A stretch of 64,000 nt of DNA from a virus: IMG/VR virus record IMGVR_UViG_3300025133_000033; one strand, written 5' to 3'. A model generated the notes under the pieces. It was not told the DNA's origin and ran no database searches. It was given only the letters and a program-made list of their open reading frames with translations. This document shows positions 19,643 through 27,196 of this stretch, piece after piece (positions within the stretch are counted from its first letter, which is position 1; the number at the start of each line of letters is the position of its first letter). The position numbers and the translations under genes are program-made.

Positions 19643-19662
19643 TAGTCTCTCCTATATGTAAT

Positions 19663-19695
19663 AAAAAACCGCAAGAGGAAAAGCCTCTCACGGTT
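19663..19695 (-). terminator. Intrinsic terminator
   Basis: AACCGTGAGAGG..CCTCTTGCGGTT followed by a U-tract. Confidence 0.6.
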
Positions 19696-19713
19696 AATTG
19701 TACTCTGCTAGGT

Positions 19714-20232
19714 TTATAGTGACCGCCTCACCGCTTCACAAAACCCTATAACTTCTTCGTCAGAAAATTTATTTCGTGCTAGATTAAACATCACAGAGAC
19801 AAATCTAACATTGCCCTTTACGTATCCCCTTCCATTGTCGATACGGTCAAGCGATGCATGTTCTGGCCTAAGAGCTTCAGTCTTATAAGACTGATGGTTT
19901 CTGAGGATTAAATTCCACCCAGTAAAAGGACAACTTCCTGCCTGATCTTCCCAAAGACACTTCAAGTATTTTGCATCAAGGTCAAAACTTTTATTTCTTT
20001 GTTTGCATAGCTTGATGTAATATCTGAAGTTTGAAAATTCGTCACGTCTATTTTCTGGTATTAAGTTGTCAGAGTTATTGTGTTGTTTAAGATGATCGCA
20101 GTGCTTCGATCCCGAACACTTGAGGCTACAAAAAAAGGCCGTTCTGCCCCTCTTACGCTGACGGACAATCTCGGCCTTTCTTTTTTCGCATTTTTGACCA
20201 CAGTGATCGCAAACAATTTCAATATATTTCAT
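19714..20232 (-). CDS. HNH-type homing endonuclease with N-terminal zinc finger
   Basis: CDHC..FCSLKC; CPFTG...ASLDRIDNGRGYVKGNVRFVS..N; lies right after tmRNA. Confidence 0.8.
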   Translation of the reverse strand: MKYIEIVCDHCGQKCEKRKAEIVRQRKRGRTAFFCSLKCSGSKHCDHLKQHNNSDNLIPENRRDEFSNFRYYIKLCKQRNKSFDLDAKYLKCLWEDQAGSCPFTGWNLILRNHQSYKTEALRPEHASLDRIDNGRGYVKGNVRFVSVMFNLARNKFSDEEVIGFCEAVRRSL

Positions 20233-20286
20233 ATCAGCATCCTCCTTGGCTAATTATACACCAATAGTGGAGATACTGTGAATTTT

Positions 20287-20591
20287 TGGTGGAGCCGGGG
20301 GGGATTCGAACCCCCCGTCCCTAATTGTTTTCAATAAAGCGTCTACGTGTTTGTGTCGAGCTAAGCCCTGCACGACCAAGGGGCAGGATAGTTTAATGAC
20401 CTCTTACAGTCCAGCTTCAAAACAGGTATCTAGCTTTGGTTAACAGGGTGCTAGATAACCCCTACTGCTTACGCAGCTAAAGCAAAGTTTTCGTTTGCAA
20501 TTAAATGTTAGTCAATTTTTTAGGTAGCCCTTTGACCAACTACCACACGCAACTTTACATCCGTCCAATAGGTCGAAACCAAGTCGGCCCC
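20287..20591 (-). ncRNA. ssrA: tmRNA with tag (A)ANENFALAA
   Basis: 5' GGGGCCGACTTGGTTTCGAC; 3' GTTCGAATCCCCCCCGGCTCCACCA; tag ORF at 20469-20498. Confidence 0.96.
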
Positions 20592-20597
20592 AAACAG

Positions 20598-20669
20598 AGA
20601 GCGAAGAGGGATTCGAACCCCCGTAGATCTGAGTTGCAGTCAGACGCCTTGCCTCTCGGCCACTCGCTC
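20598..20669 (-). tRNA. tRNA-Cys(GCA)
   Basis: Cloverleaf; anticodon loop CTGCAAC. Confidence 0.9.
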
Positions 20670-20675
20670 TAAAAG

Positions 20676-20747
20676 TGCAGCTACGGAGAATCGAACTCCG
20701 ATCTCAACGTTGGCAACGTTATATACTAGCCTTTGTACGATAGCTGC
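20676..20747 (-). tRNA. tRNA-Gly(GCC)
   Basis: Anticodon loop TTGCCAA. Confidence 0.9.
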
Positions 20748-21107
20748 CTATTCTTCCTCAATTGCTTCTCTAACAATTCCTACCCACATATCATCAAGTT
20801 CGTGATCGGTAAAGTCGCCAGGAAACATCTTGCGAATCTGATTCCTAACAGCCATACCCTCTCGAAAATGAACAGGGTGAGGGACTGCCCCGTTAAAGAT
20901 TACAGGATCAACTCTGCCATACTCTCTATAGTAGTCACGGAAAAGTTCGATACCTTCAGGCTTTAACCAGCCCCTAACTCTCTCAACAATATCTTGTCGT
21001 TGAGTTTTCCTGTTGTTTTTAATGACTATGATCCTTGACTTGCTTGCTCCAATGACAAACCTCTCGTCTTTGATACCAGTGTACCATTTTATGACCGTGT
21101 TCATCAT
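20748..21107 (-). CDS. Hypothetical protein
   Basis: 119 aa ORF. Confidence 0.55.
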   Translation of the reverse strand: MMNTVIKWYTGIKDERFVIGASKSRIIVIKNNRKTQRQDIVERVRGWLKPEGIELFRDYYREYGRVDPVIFNGAVPHPVHFREGMAVRNQIRKMFPGDFTDHELDDMWVGIVREAIEEE

Positions 21108-21214
21108 GCTCTACGATCACCAACCAAAACGGAAGGGAAAGTAGGCGTCTGCGTGCATTCTTATGTTCGAATGTCTTACCGCACTTAAGTGCAACATTAA
21201 TAGTATTCATAATA

Positions 21215-21544
21215 CTACCTCCGATAGTACCGTGTTTTTCCAGCTCTAAAATCGAACGTACTATATCCCCGGTACTGAGAAAAATTAACATTAACGCCAA
21301 ATCTTACATACCTCTGTGGCGAGATGTAAGTTGGCCCGATACTCATGTATGTCCCGGTTGGATACCAAGTAACAACTGGGCGATAGGCGATCACAGGCCC
21401 ATGCCTGTGTAGCCCTGCGTGGGGATGTGCGTGCCAGTGTCCGTTGTGATGGTGCTGACCAAAGGCATCGCTTGCAAAGAAGCCAAGGGAAAAGAACATC
21501 AATTGGACAAAGAAAAAGAACAAGATTAAAAGTAGCTTCTTCAT
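21215..21544 (-). CDS. Secreted His-rich small protein
   Basis: MKKLLLILFFFF signal; HHHNGHWHAHPH; start reassigned because the longer ORF overlaps a tRNA. Confidence 0.65.
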   Translation of the reverse strand: MKKLLLILFFFFVQLMFFSLGFFASDAFGQHHHNGHWHAHPHAGLHRHGPVIAYRPVVTWYPTGTYMSIGPTYISPQRYVRFGVNVNFSQYRGYSTFDFRAGKTRYYRR

Positions 21545-21562
21545 TACATCACCTTTATAGAG

Positions 21563-21633
21563 TGCAAGATATCGGAATCGAACCGATGACCTTTGAGTGG
21601 AAGTCAAATGTTTTACCACTAAACTAATCTTGC
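21563..21633 (-). tRNA. tRNA-Gly(TCC)
   Basis: Anticodon loop CTTCCAC. Confidence 0.85.
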
Positions 21634-21705
21634 CAATGTTCCTTTGCGTGACAGTTGGCACATAGAACTACACATTTTTCAATTTCTTTGAAGATTTTGG
21701 AAACG
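21633..21705 (-). pseudogene. HNH endonuclease C-terminal relic
   Basis: Reads SKIFKEIEKCVVLCANCHAKEHW with no upstream gene body. Confidence 0.7.
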
Positions 21706-21788
21706 CCCCCAACGTCTTGAGGTAGGCCCGTCAGCCTATGATCTGCGTGGGAATCGAACCCACCTATGTCCGTTTATCAACGTTTCAG

Positions 21789-21861
21789 TGAGAGCGGTGG
21801 GAATCGAACCCACATTATCTTGGTTAAGAGCCAAGTGCATTACCTTATCTGCCACACTCCC
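21789..21861 (-). tRNA. tRNA-Lys(CTT)
   Basis: Anticodon loop CTCTTAA. Confidence 0.9.
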
Positions 21862-22144
21862 GTTAAAGCCCGCCTCGGCTGGTGGTACTAACGGACCCTC
21901 ATAAAGTCCTCCCACATTCTTATTTAAACGTCGGCTACAACGTACCGAATTTCGCATCCTTCTAGAACAGATGCCGAGCCTTATCATCACTCTTAGTCAT
22001 CCTGACTTAACGAAAACTTTTCAGCGTCCGAATAAGCCATACAACCGCTCACAGCGTCCATAGACGCCCCCGCTACCACAGCACTTCTTCAAGTTCACCA
22101 AAAGTTAAGGTATTCATCAAATTCTCCTTATCACGTTAGTGAAG

Positions 22145-22217
22145 TAGGCAATAAGGGAGTCGAACCCCTTCTTCTAGTTCCGTAGACTAGCGTGCTATTC
22201 CGTCACACTCATCGCCC
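22145..22217 (-). tRNA. tRNA-Arg(ACG)
   Basis: Anticodon loop CTACGGA. Confidence 0.85.
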
Positions 22218-22222
22218 AAATA

Positions 22223-22540
22223 TTATTCTCTAATCTCTATGTTTTCTAGTCCAGACTCAAATATCTCATCTAGCTTTTGCATCAAGAAAAAGCCAGCCAT
22301 ATAAGACTTCATACTTTCTTTATCTTGACTTAGAATTAAGAGGACAGGCCCCTCGGCATTATCAATAGATCCTGAATCTGCGAAGATAGTAAAGACCTTG
22401 CCCGACTGATTAAATTTCTCAATAAATTCCAGCGGAACCTCGTTCGTATAAACGTCATCGTCCATACTGTATTCATCGGAACCTACCTCTTTCCAAATGC
22501 GAAAGCGGTATAGTTGAGTAGTTTCTAGTGTATCTGTCAT
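22223..22540 (-). CDS. Hypothetical protein
   Basis: 105 aa ORF. Confidence 0.6.
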   Translation of the reverse strand: MTDTLETTQLYRFRIWKEVGSDEYSMDDDVYTNEVPLEFIEKFNQSGKVFTIFADSGSIDNAEGPVLLILSQDKESMKSYMAGFFLMQKLDEIFESGLENIEIRE

Positions 22541-22546
22541 AATAAA

Positions 22547-22735
22547 TTATCCTGTTGCTGAAATTGCTTGTCTTTTTCCAGATAGATACTGAGTGTATTC
22601 TATACTCCCTAGCTCGTAAGGAGGTTCTTCTTCGTTAGGAATATTAGGCTCGTCGTCTCGTCTCCCATATAAGTATACCACGTAACCACGGTCAAAAGGC
22701 TCTAAAGCTTCAAAATATTCCTGTGAGATAGTCAT
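22547..22735 (-). CDS. Hypothetical protein
   Basis: 62 aa coupled ORF. Confidence 0.5.
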   Translation of the reverse strand: MTISQEYFEALEPFDRGYVVYLYGRRDDEPNIPNEEEPPYELGSIEYTQYLSGKRQAISATG

Positions 22736-23067
22736 CTTTTCAAGCCCATTTGAGAACGTTCTAAGTCCTCCAATGCAATTTCACACAGGTTTTTAATGTC
22801 ATCTAAGTCTCCATTATCAACTATGCATTTATCCTCATACGGGTCCAAGAGCCTACGTCTGATCTCAGTTTCGGCAGAAGAGATATGACCTAACGCATTA
22901 CTTAGTTCGGTATATCCACGAGGGTCTAAAATCCCCAACGTCAATCGACAGATGATATAGTTCAGAGCACCTCCTCTTTTTTCCTTTGGGACGTGAAGAG
23001 AATCTTCTATTAATACATCAATACTATCGTCTATTAAGTTTCTATGTTCCTGTGGGATGTAAGGCAT
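22732..23067 (-). CDS. Conserved phage hypothetical protein
   Basis: MPYI..GALNYII..EIRRR..PYEDKC..NGD pattern, recognised as a common phage family. Confidence 0.75.
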   Translation of the reverse strand: MPYIPQEHRNLIDDSIDVLIEDSLHVPKEKRGGALNYIICRLTLGILDPRGYTELSNALGHISSAETEIRRRLLDPYEDKCIVDNGDLDDIKNLCEIALEDLERSQMGLKR

Positions 23068-23098
23068 GTCCTGTCCTTTCGAGTTCCAAGTAAGTAAG

Positions 23099-23184
23099 CG
23101 GAGGGTGAGGGAATCGAACCCGCCAACCCGTCTTAGGGGCTACTGCTTAGCAAGCAGCTTCCGTAGCCAATTTGGTTACCCTCC
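23099..23184 (-). tRNA. tRNA-Ser(GCT)
   Basis: Loop TTGCTAA; long variable arm; G73. Confidence 0.9.
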
Positions 23185-23189
23185 ATTAG

Positions 23190-23263
23190 TAGTACGGGAG
23201 GGAGTCGAACCCTCAAACACTAGTTCCTAAAACTAGTCGCTCTGCCAGTTGGCGTACCGTACC
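23190..23263 (-). tRNA. tRNA-Leu(TAG), short variable loop
   Basis: Loop TTTAGGA. Confidence 0.85.
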
Positions 23264-23268
23264 ATGAG

Positions 23269-23342
23269 TGGTGTGGGAGGGGGTCGAACCCTCAACTACT
23301 AAGGTTTGAGCTTAGCTCCTCTACCTGTTGGGATACCACACC
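23269..23342 (-). tRNA. tRNA-Leu(CAA), short variable loop
   Basis: Loop CTCAAAC. Confidence 0.85.
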
Positions 23343-23441
23343 TAACGAATACCTAGTCCCCTAAGTATTAAGTCTATCCAACAAATTAAAATATCACAAG
23401 TCCAGATTGCCAATCCTCGCCAATCAGGGTATCTCATTTAG

Positions 23442-23516
23442 TGATGCCGGTGGGGGTCGAACCCACAAACTACAAGATTTTAAGTCTTGTTCCTCTACCA
23501 GTTGGGATACGGCACC
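23442..23516 (-). tRNA. tRNA-Leu(TAA), short variable loop
   Basis: Loop CTTAAAA. Confidence 0.85.
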
Positions 23517-23530
23517 GTGTTATTAGCTAT

Positions 23531-23685
23531 ACCAGTGTGCTACTACGCCAAAGACCATGCTGCATGTTCGCATGACGCCCCCGCACATGCTTTCCGCGAG
23601 AGTTGGTTGTTACCATACGCCCCCTTCTTTCTACGGAAGGGAATCACTCTTTAAATGATGGCTGCTTCTAAGCCCACATCCTAGT
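23531..23685 (-). ncRNA. 23S rRNA GTPase-associated-centre (H43-H44, uL11-binding) mimic with internal insertion
   Basis: ACTAGGATGTGGGCTTAGAAGCAGCCATCATTTAAAGAGTG-[~96 nt]-GCGTAGTAGCACACTGGT, compared with 23S 1051-1108. Confidence 0.85.
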
Positions 23686-23704
23686 AGTCTTCGCTAATAA
23701 ATTG

Positions 23705-23784
23705 TCCCCTGCCCAGAACGTACACGGTCGCGACCCGTCCTAGAGGTTCACCAAGGTCACGGTCGAATTGAACGGCCTTCGGGG
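23705..23784 (-). ncRNA. Candidate small RNA with a 5'-proximal T-arm
   Basis: CCCC/GGGG termini; GGCCG-TTCAATT-CGACC T-loop hairpin. Confidence 0.4.
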
Positions 23785-23787
23785 TAG

Positions 23788-23860
23788 TGGGCAATGAGGG
23801 ATTCGAACCCCCGACCATTTGGATGTAAGCCAAACACTCTAGCCGCTGAGTTAATCGCCC
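23788..23860 (-). tRNA. tRNA-Val(TAC)
   Basis: Loop CTTACAT. Confidence 0.9.
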
Positions 23861-23862
23861 GC

Positions 23863-23925
23863 TTTATGTTCTTTTCTATGACAATTAGCACATAGAACTT
23901 CACACTTTTTTATCTCTTCTAGTAT
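23863..23925 (-). pseudogene. HNH endonuclease C-terminal relic
   Basis: Reads ILEEIKKCEVLCANCHRKEHK. Confidence 0.7.
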
Positions 23926-23926
23926 T

Positions 23927-24325
23927 CTACTTCTTCTTTATTTCCCTAAGTTTTCTTAGTCCTTTTCTATATTCTTTTGGTAAGAGTAGCCTCTCTTGTA
24001 TTTCAGGATCTTCCTGGGTCCAAGACTCGCGTACTATCTTACATTTTATTCTTCTAAGTAATTTCCCATCCATCCATATACACTCGTAAAGTCCCGTCTG
24101 ATAATTGTACGTTGGAATTTGGGATCTATCTTTCAAAAGTCTCCAGGCTTTAACTTGATAACGGTTGGAATAACAGGACCAGTCATAGAAGATAGCTTGG
24201 TCAAAGACCAGTCTAGCCTCATCATCATAAAAGTGATTGACCTCTATTAGATCTACTGTCTCTTCAAGGGCAACTTCTTCGTTGGGTTGTAATGCAAAAC
24301 AAAACAATAGGAGCAGTGCCGCCAT
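23927..24325 (-). CDS. Secreted hypothetical protein (Planctomycete-like)
   Basis: Signal-like N-terminus; ETVDLIEVNHFYDD..LVFDQ. Confidence 0.7.
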   Translation of the reverse strand: MAALLLLFCFALQPNEEVALEETVDLIEVNHFYDDEARLVFDQAIFYDWSCYSNRYQVKAWRLLKDRSQIPTYNYQTGLYECIWMDGKLLRRIKCKIVRESWTQEDPEIQERLLLPKEYRKGLRKLREIKKK

Positions 24326-24342
24326 TGAGCCAGCCTCCTTAA

Positions 24343-24711
24343 TTAATGTAGAAGATCAATCCTACCTTTCTCTAGCACTTCTTTCAAAGGAGCTGTCTTG
24401 CCGTTAGTATGGTTCGTGACAATTCCCTTTTTGAAATCGTATGTGCGAATCCTTGGAGTGTTTTTAATCTTATCGTCGCGTCTCGCCTTCTTCTCTGCTG
24501 CCTGCTGCTCGTCTTGTTGTTCTTTTATTTTTTCCTCGATACGCTTAAGAGCTATGCGATGATTCTGCTTGCGGGTACGCTGTTCGTCTATCTCCACCTT
24601 TAGTCCTGTGGGGATATGAACAATCCTACATCCTGTCTCTACCTTATTCTTATTCTGACCACCAGGGCCTTTCCCTTTGTAGTAAGAAATCTTTAGGTCT
24701 TTCTTATTCAT
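24343..24711 (-). CDS. RF-1 domain (GGQ) peptidyl-tRNA hydrolase, ArfB/PrfH-like
   Basis: GPGGQNKNKVETGCRIVHIPTG, RIRTY; no stop-codon recognition domain. Confidence 0.9.
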   Translation of the reverse strand: MNKKDLKISYYKGKGPGGQNKNKVETGCRIVHIPTGLKVEIDEQRTRKQNHRIALKRIEEKIKEQQDEQQAAEKKARRDDKIKNTPRIRTYDFKKGIVTNHTNGKTAPLKEVLEKGRIDLLH

Positions 24712-24735
24712 CTCTTCTTCCTTTTGTTAAGTAAG

Positions 24736-24808
24736 TCGTACTCCTGTGAGTCGAACACAGTACGTCTTCCTTATCAGGGAAAACCGCATAACCGATGCAG
24801 CGAGTACG
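24736..24808 (-). tRNA. tRNA-Ile(GAT), atypical D arm
   Basis: CGTACTC/GAGTACG acceptor stem; loop CTGATAA; T arm CTGTG-TTCGACT-CACAG. Confidence 0.75.
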
Positions 24809-24810
24809 GT

Positions 24811-24977
24811 GTGCAGGCTCACGAGTTCCTGCGTGCCCCTTGAACTGAACCTTGGCTGGCCAATTTAACTCTGTAAAGAGGACCAAGGTAGGGTAATGTT
24901 CCGACCTACATTCAAAGGCCGTATTGGTTGCGGACGACTACCCCCATGAAGAGTAGCCACTGATCAGGTTATCCGCA
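24811..24977 (-). ncRNA. Candidate structured RNA
   Basis: Multiple nested stems between two tRNAs; no credible ORF. Confidence 0.45.
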
Positions 24978-24978
24978 G

Positions 24979-25050
24979 TGGACAGTACGGGACTCGAACC
25001 CGTAAAACCAGCTTGCAAGGCTAGGATGATCCCAATTTCATCAACCGCCC
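24979..25050 (-). tRNA. tRNA-Ala(TGC)
   Basis: Loop CTTGCAA; G3:U70. Confidence 0.9.
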
Positions 25051-25061
25051 ATGATTGACAG

Positions 25062-25134
25062 TGGGGCCGGTGGGAATCGAGCCCACATTGCCTTGATTAA
25101 AAGTCAAGTACATTACCTTATCTGTCACAGCCCC
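25062..25134 (-). tRNA. tRNA-Lys(TTT)
   Basis: Loop CTTTTAA. Confidence 0.9.
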
Positions 25135-25327
25135 GTAATAAATGCCTGAATCCTACCGCTTAGGTCTGGCATTCCATCGTTTGCAGCCTCGTCTCTGAGT
25201 TCGACGAGCAAGTCCTTTAGTTCAGATAGCTCGTTGCGTCCTAGCTGAGCTAGATGACAATTCTGCGGATCATCACCATTAAAACCACCTCTTATAATTG
25301 CTTCAAGTACCCAGATAGCATGTTCCA

Positions 25328-25726
25328 TTAATAAACCTCGTGATGACATTCATCGTCTTCTTTATTATACACTTTACAGTAGTATTCTTCGTCGATTATT
25401 TGATGCTCAGACCATGCCCCGTCTTCACAAATCTCATAACCGCACTTGGCACAGTTAATTCTTATGTAGTCGAGCGGATTAGAACCAGAAATATCTGTTG
25501 TCCCCATCAGCCCTACTAGCCATTCTATCTTCTTTTGATCATCAGATAAAACTTCTAGGTCGTCCCAATCAAGCTCGCCACGGATCTCGGGGTGCTTGCC
25601 TAAAGCCTCTCCAAAATAAACTATTTCTCCTACGGCCCGCTCTACATCCTCTTCTTCGGCAACAAACAACCCATGTATATCACCGTGTCTTCCGCAGTCC
25701 CAATGAAACTTGTACAGTTTCTTCAT
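25328..25726 (-). CDS. Conserved phage hypothetical protein
   Basis: YKFHWDCGRHGDIHGLFVA..YFGEALGKH pattern. Confidence 0.7.
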   Translation of the reverse strand: MKKLYKFHWDCGRHGDIHGLFVAEEEDVERAVGEIVYFGEALGKHPEIRGELDWDDLEVLSDDQKKIEWLVGLMGTTDISGSNPLDYIRINCAKCGYEICEDGAWSEHQIIDEEYYCKVYNKEDDECHHEVY

Positions 25727-25760
25727 GCTTAAGATCCTTTCATAATAATGCCCTTTAAAG

Positions 25761-25845
25761 CGGAAGGTGAGGGACTCGAACCCATCAACCCGTCTTAGGG
25801 GCGGCTGTTTTCAAAACAGTCTGCTTTCCAATTCGCATACCTTCC
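25761..25845 (-). tRNA. tRNA-Ser(TGA)
   Basis: Loop TTTGAAA; long variable arm. Confidence 0.9.
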
Positions 25846-26177
25846 ATTTTTAAAGGTAGAACTTAACAACAATCACAACCATCGTAGCAAGGACAGCAAG
25901 GACTACTGAAGAATATATAGCCCAGTTTGCCGTAGCTATCTGATGATCTATCTTAGCCATACGCTCCTTAATCAATCTCTCTTGTTCCAGTATTTCTTTT
26001 TGCCAATCAGTCATTACCGACCCTCTCTATAAGTGTTAGTGCCACTACAACTCTTGCAAAGAAAAAACGTTCTAAACTCTGAAGTAGGTGAAACATCCAT
26101 CATATTAAAGGAACGACAGTCGTTACAGACTGGAAAAAACTTATTCAGTATCCAGTGAATCATATTCTCTCCTTGTA

Positions 26178-26235
26178 TGGTGGACTGATCGGGGAATCGA
26201 ACCCCGCAGCAACTAGTATAGATCCAACCCAGCCC
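26178..26235 (-). ncRNA. 58-nt alanine-identity minihelix (acceptor stem plus T arm, encoded CCA)
   Basis: GGGCTGG...CGGGG-TTCGATT-CCCCG-A-TCAGTCC-ACCA; G3:U70 and A73. Confidence 0.6.
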
Positions 26236-26240
26236 ATAAG

Positions 26241-26315
26241 AGGTTCCGATGGGACTCGAACCCACATATTCTTGATTACAAATCAAGACCGATTGCCATT
26301 TCCGGTCACGGAACC
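26241..26315 (-). tRNA. tRNA-Thr(TGT)
   Basis: Loop TTTGTAA. Confidence 0.85.
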
Positions 26316-26492
26316 ATACGGCGGTTTTAATTATCCTGGTATTGAGATAGTTACTTTTTTTGATCTAGGATGATCCCATCTGTCTTTGATCTTTTTTAGC
26401 CTGCCGTTAGGCATCTCTTGAAAAACGATATGACTTGACCATAGCAGCACTTCTTCTTGAGGCTCTAAGGAGTCTTCTTTTTCTAAAAGCAA

Positions 26493-26548
26493 AACCTACC
26501 ACAACGTGATTAACAGTCACGCTCCCCGACCTACGGCGATTCTCTGGA
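26493..26548 (-). pseudogene. Truncated tRNA-Asn(GTT)
   Basis: CGTGA-CTGTTAA-TCACG arm intact; sequence breaks off in the T loop. Confidence 0.6.
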
Positions 26549-26618
26549 ATAAGGCGGGCTACAGACAGTCTTACGCGATTTAACGCACTGTAGCTGGATT
26601 TTCAGCAACCCGCACAAG

Positions 26619-26704
26619 TGGGCCATTCGGGATTCGAACCCTCTTTCACCTAGCACTGCCGCATGTTACCGGAACAATGTGATCTAGGCTAACGCCAGTG
26701 ACCC
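26619..26704 (-). ncRNA. tRNA-like element with non-canonical centre
   Basis: GGGTCA/TGGCCC terminal stem and GGG-TTCGAAT-CCC; no standard anticodon arm. Confidence 0.45.
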
Positions 26705-26731
26705 AAAAAAAATGAGGTGCTTTCACACCCC

Positions 26732-26759
26732 ATTATAACATCTATTAGAGGTGAGTCAA
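26732..26759 (-). promoter_or_regulatory. Sigma70-type promoter driving the tRNA cluster
   Basis: TTGACT-16 bp-TATAAT. Confidence 0.7.
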
Positions 26760-26763
26760 TCCT

Positions 26764-27165
26764 TTAAAACGGAATTTCTTCGTCCGCTGGAACGTTCGTA
26801 TTTGCAGCAGGGGCGGAACCACTACTGGTTTTTGGGGAGGTCGAACGAGGGGCCAAGTGGATTCGATCTGCGACCACACGCAGCTTCGAACGCTTATTCC
26901 CATCGGTCTCCCAAGTGTCTAGCTTGAGCCTACCTTCTACCATAATGTATTGCCCCTTCTTTAAATACTCTGCAATTGCTTCTCCCTGCTTCCCCCAGAC
27001 GGTAACGTCTACAAAGCAGGCTTCCTCTTGTTTCTCACCATCCTTCGACCAGACACGATTACTGCATACCGAAACATCGGTAACAGCCGTACCTGCGGGG
27101 GTAAATCGTAGTTCAGCGTCTCGCGTTAATCTACCTGAACCCATCCATTTGTTAAGATCACTCAT
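26764..27165 (-). CDS. ssb: Single-stranded DNA-binding protein
   Basis: GRLTRDAELRFTPAG, VEGRL, acidic DEEIPF tail. Confidence 0.96.
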   Translation of the reverse strand: MSDLNKWMGSGRLTRDAELRFTPAGTAVTDVSVCSNRVWSKDGEKQEEACFVDVTVWGKQGEAIAEYLKKGQYIMVEGRLKLDTWETDGNKRSKLRVVADRIHLAPRSTSPKTSSGSAPAANTNVPADEEIPF

Positions 27166-27196
27166 TCTTTATCTCTCCTAGTACACCAACAAAAAA

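Noticed and set aside
21741-21765. Additional tRNA
   Set aside because: Only a T arm and partial 3' strand remain; there is no matching 5' half.
23531-23685. rRNA gene or host contamination
   Set aside because: Only the ~58 nt domain is present, split by an insert and flanked by phage tRNAs; there is no other rRNA sequence.
21736-26286. Minus-strand ORFs 21736-21990, 24704-24886 and 26014-26286 as annotated (also 55406-55633)
   Set aside because: They overlap tRNA genes; at most the short 3' part of 26014-26286 is coding.
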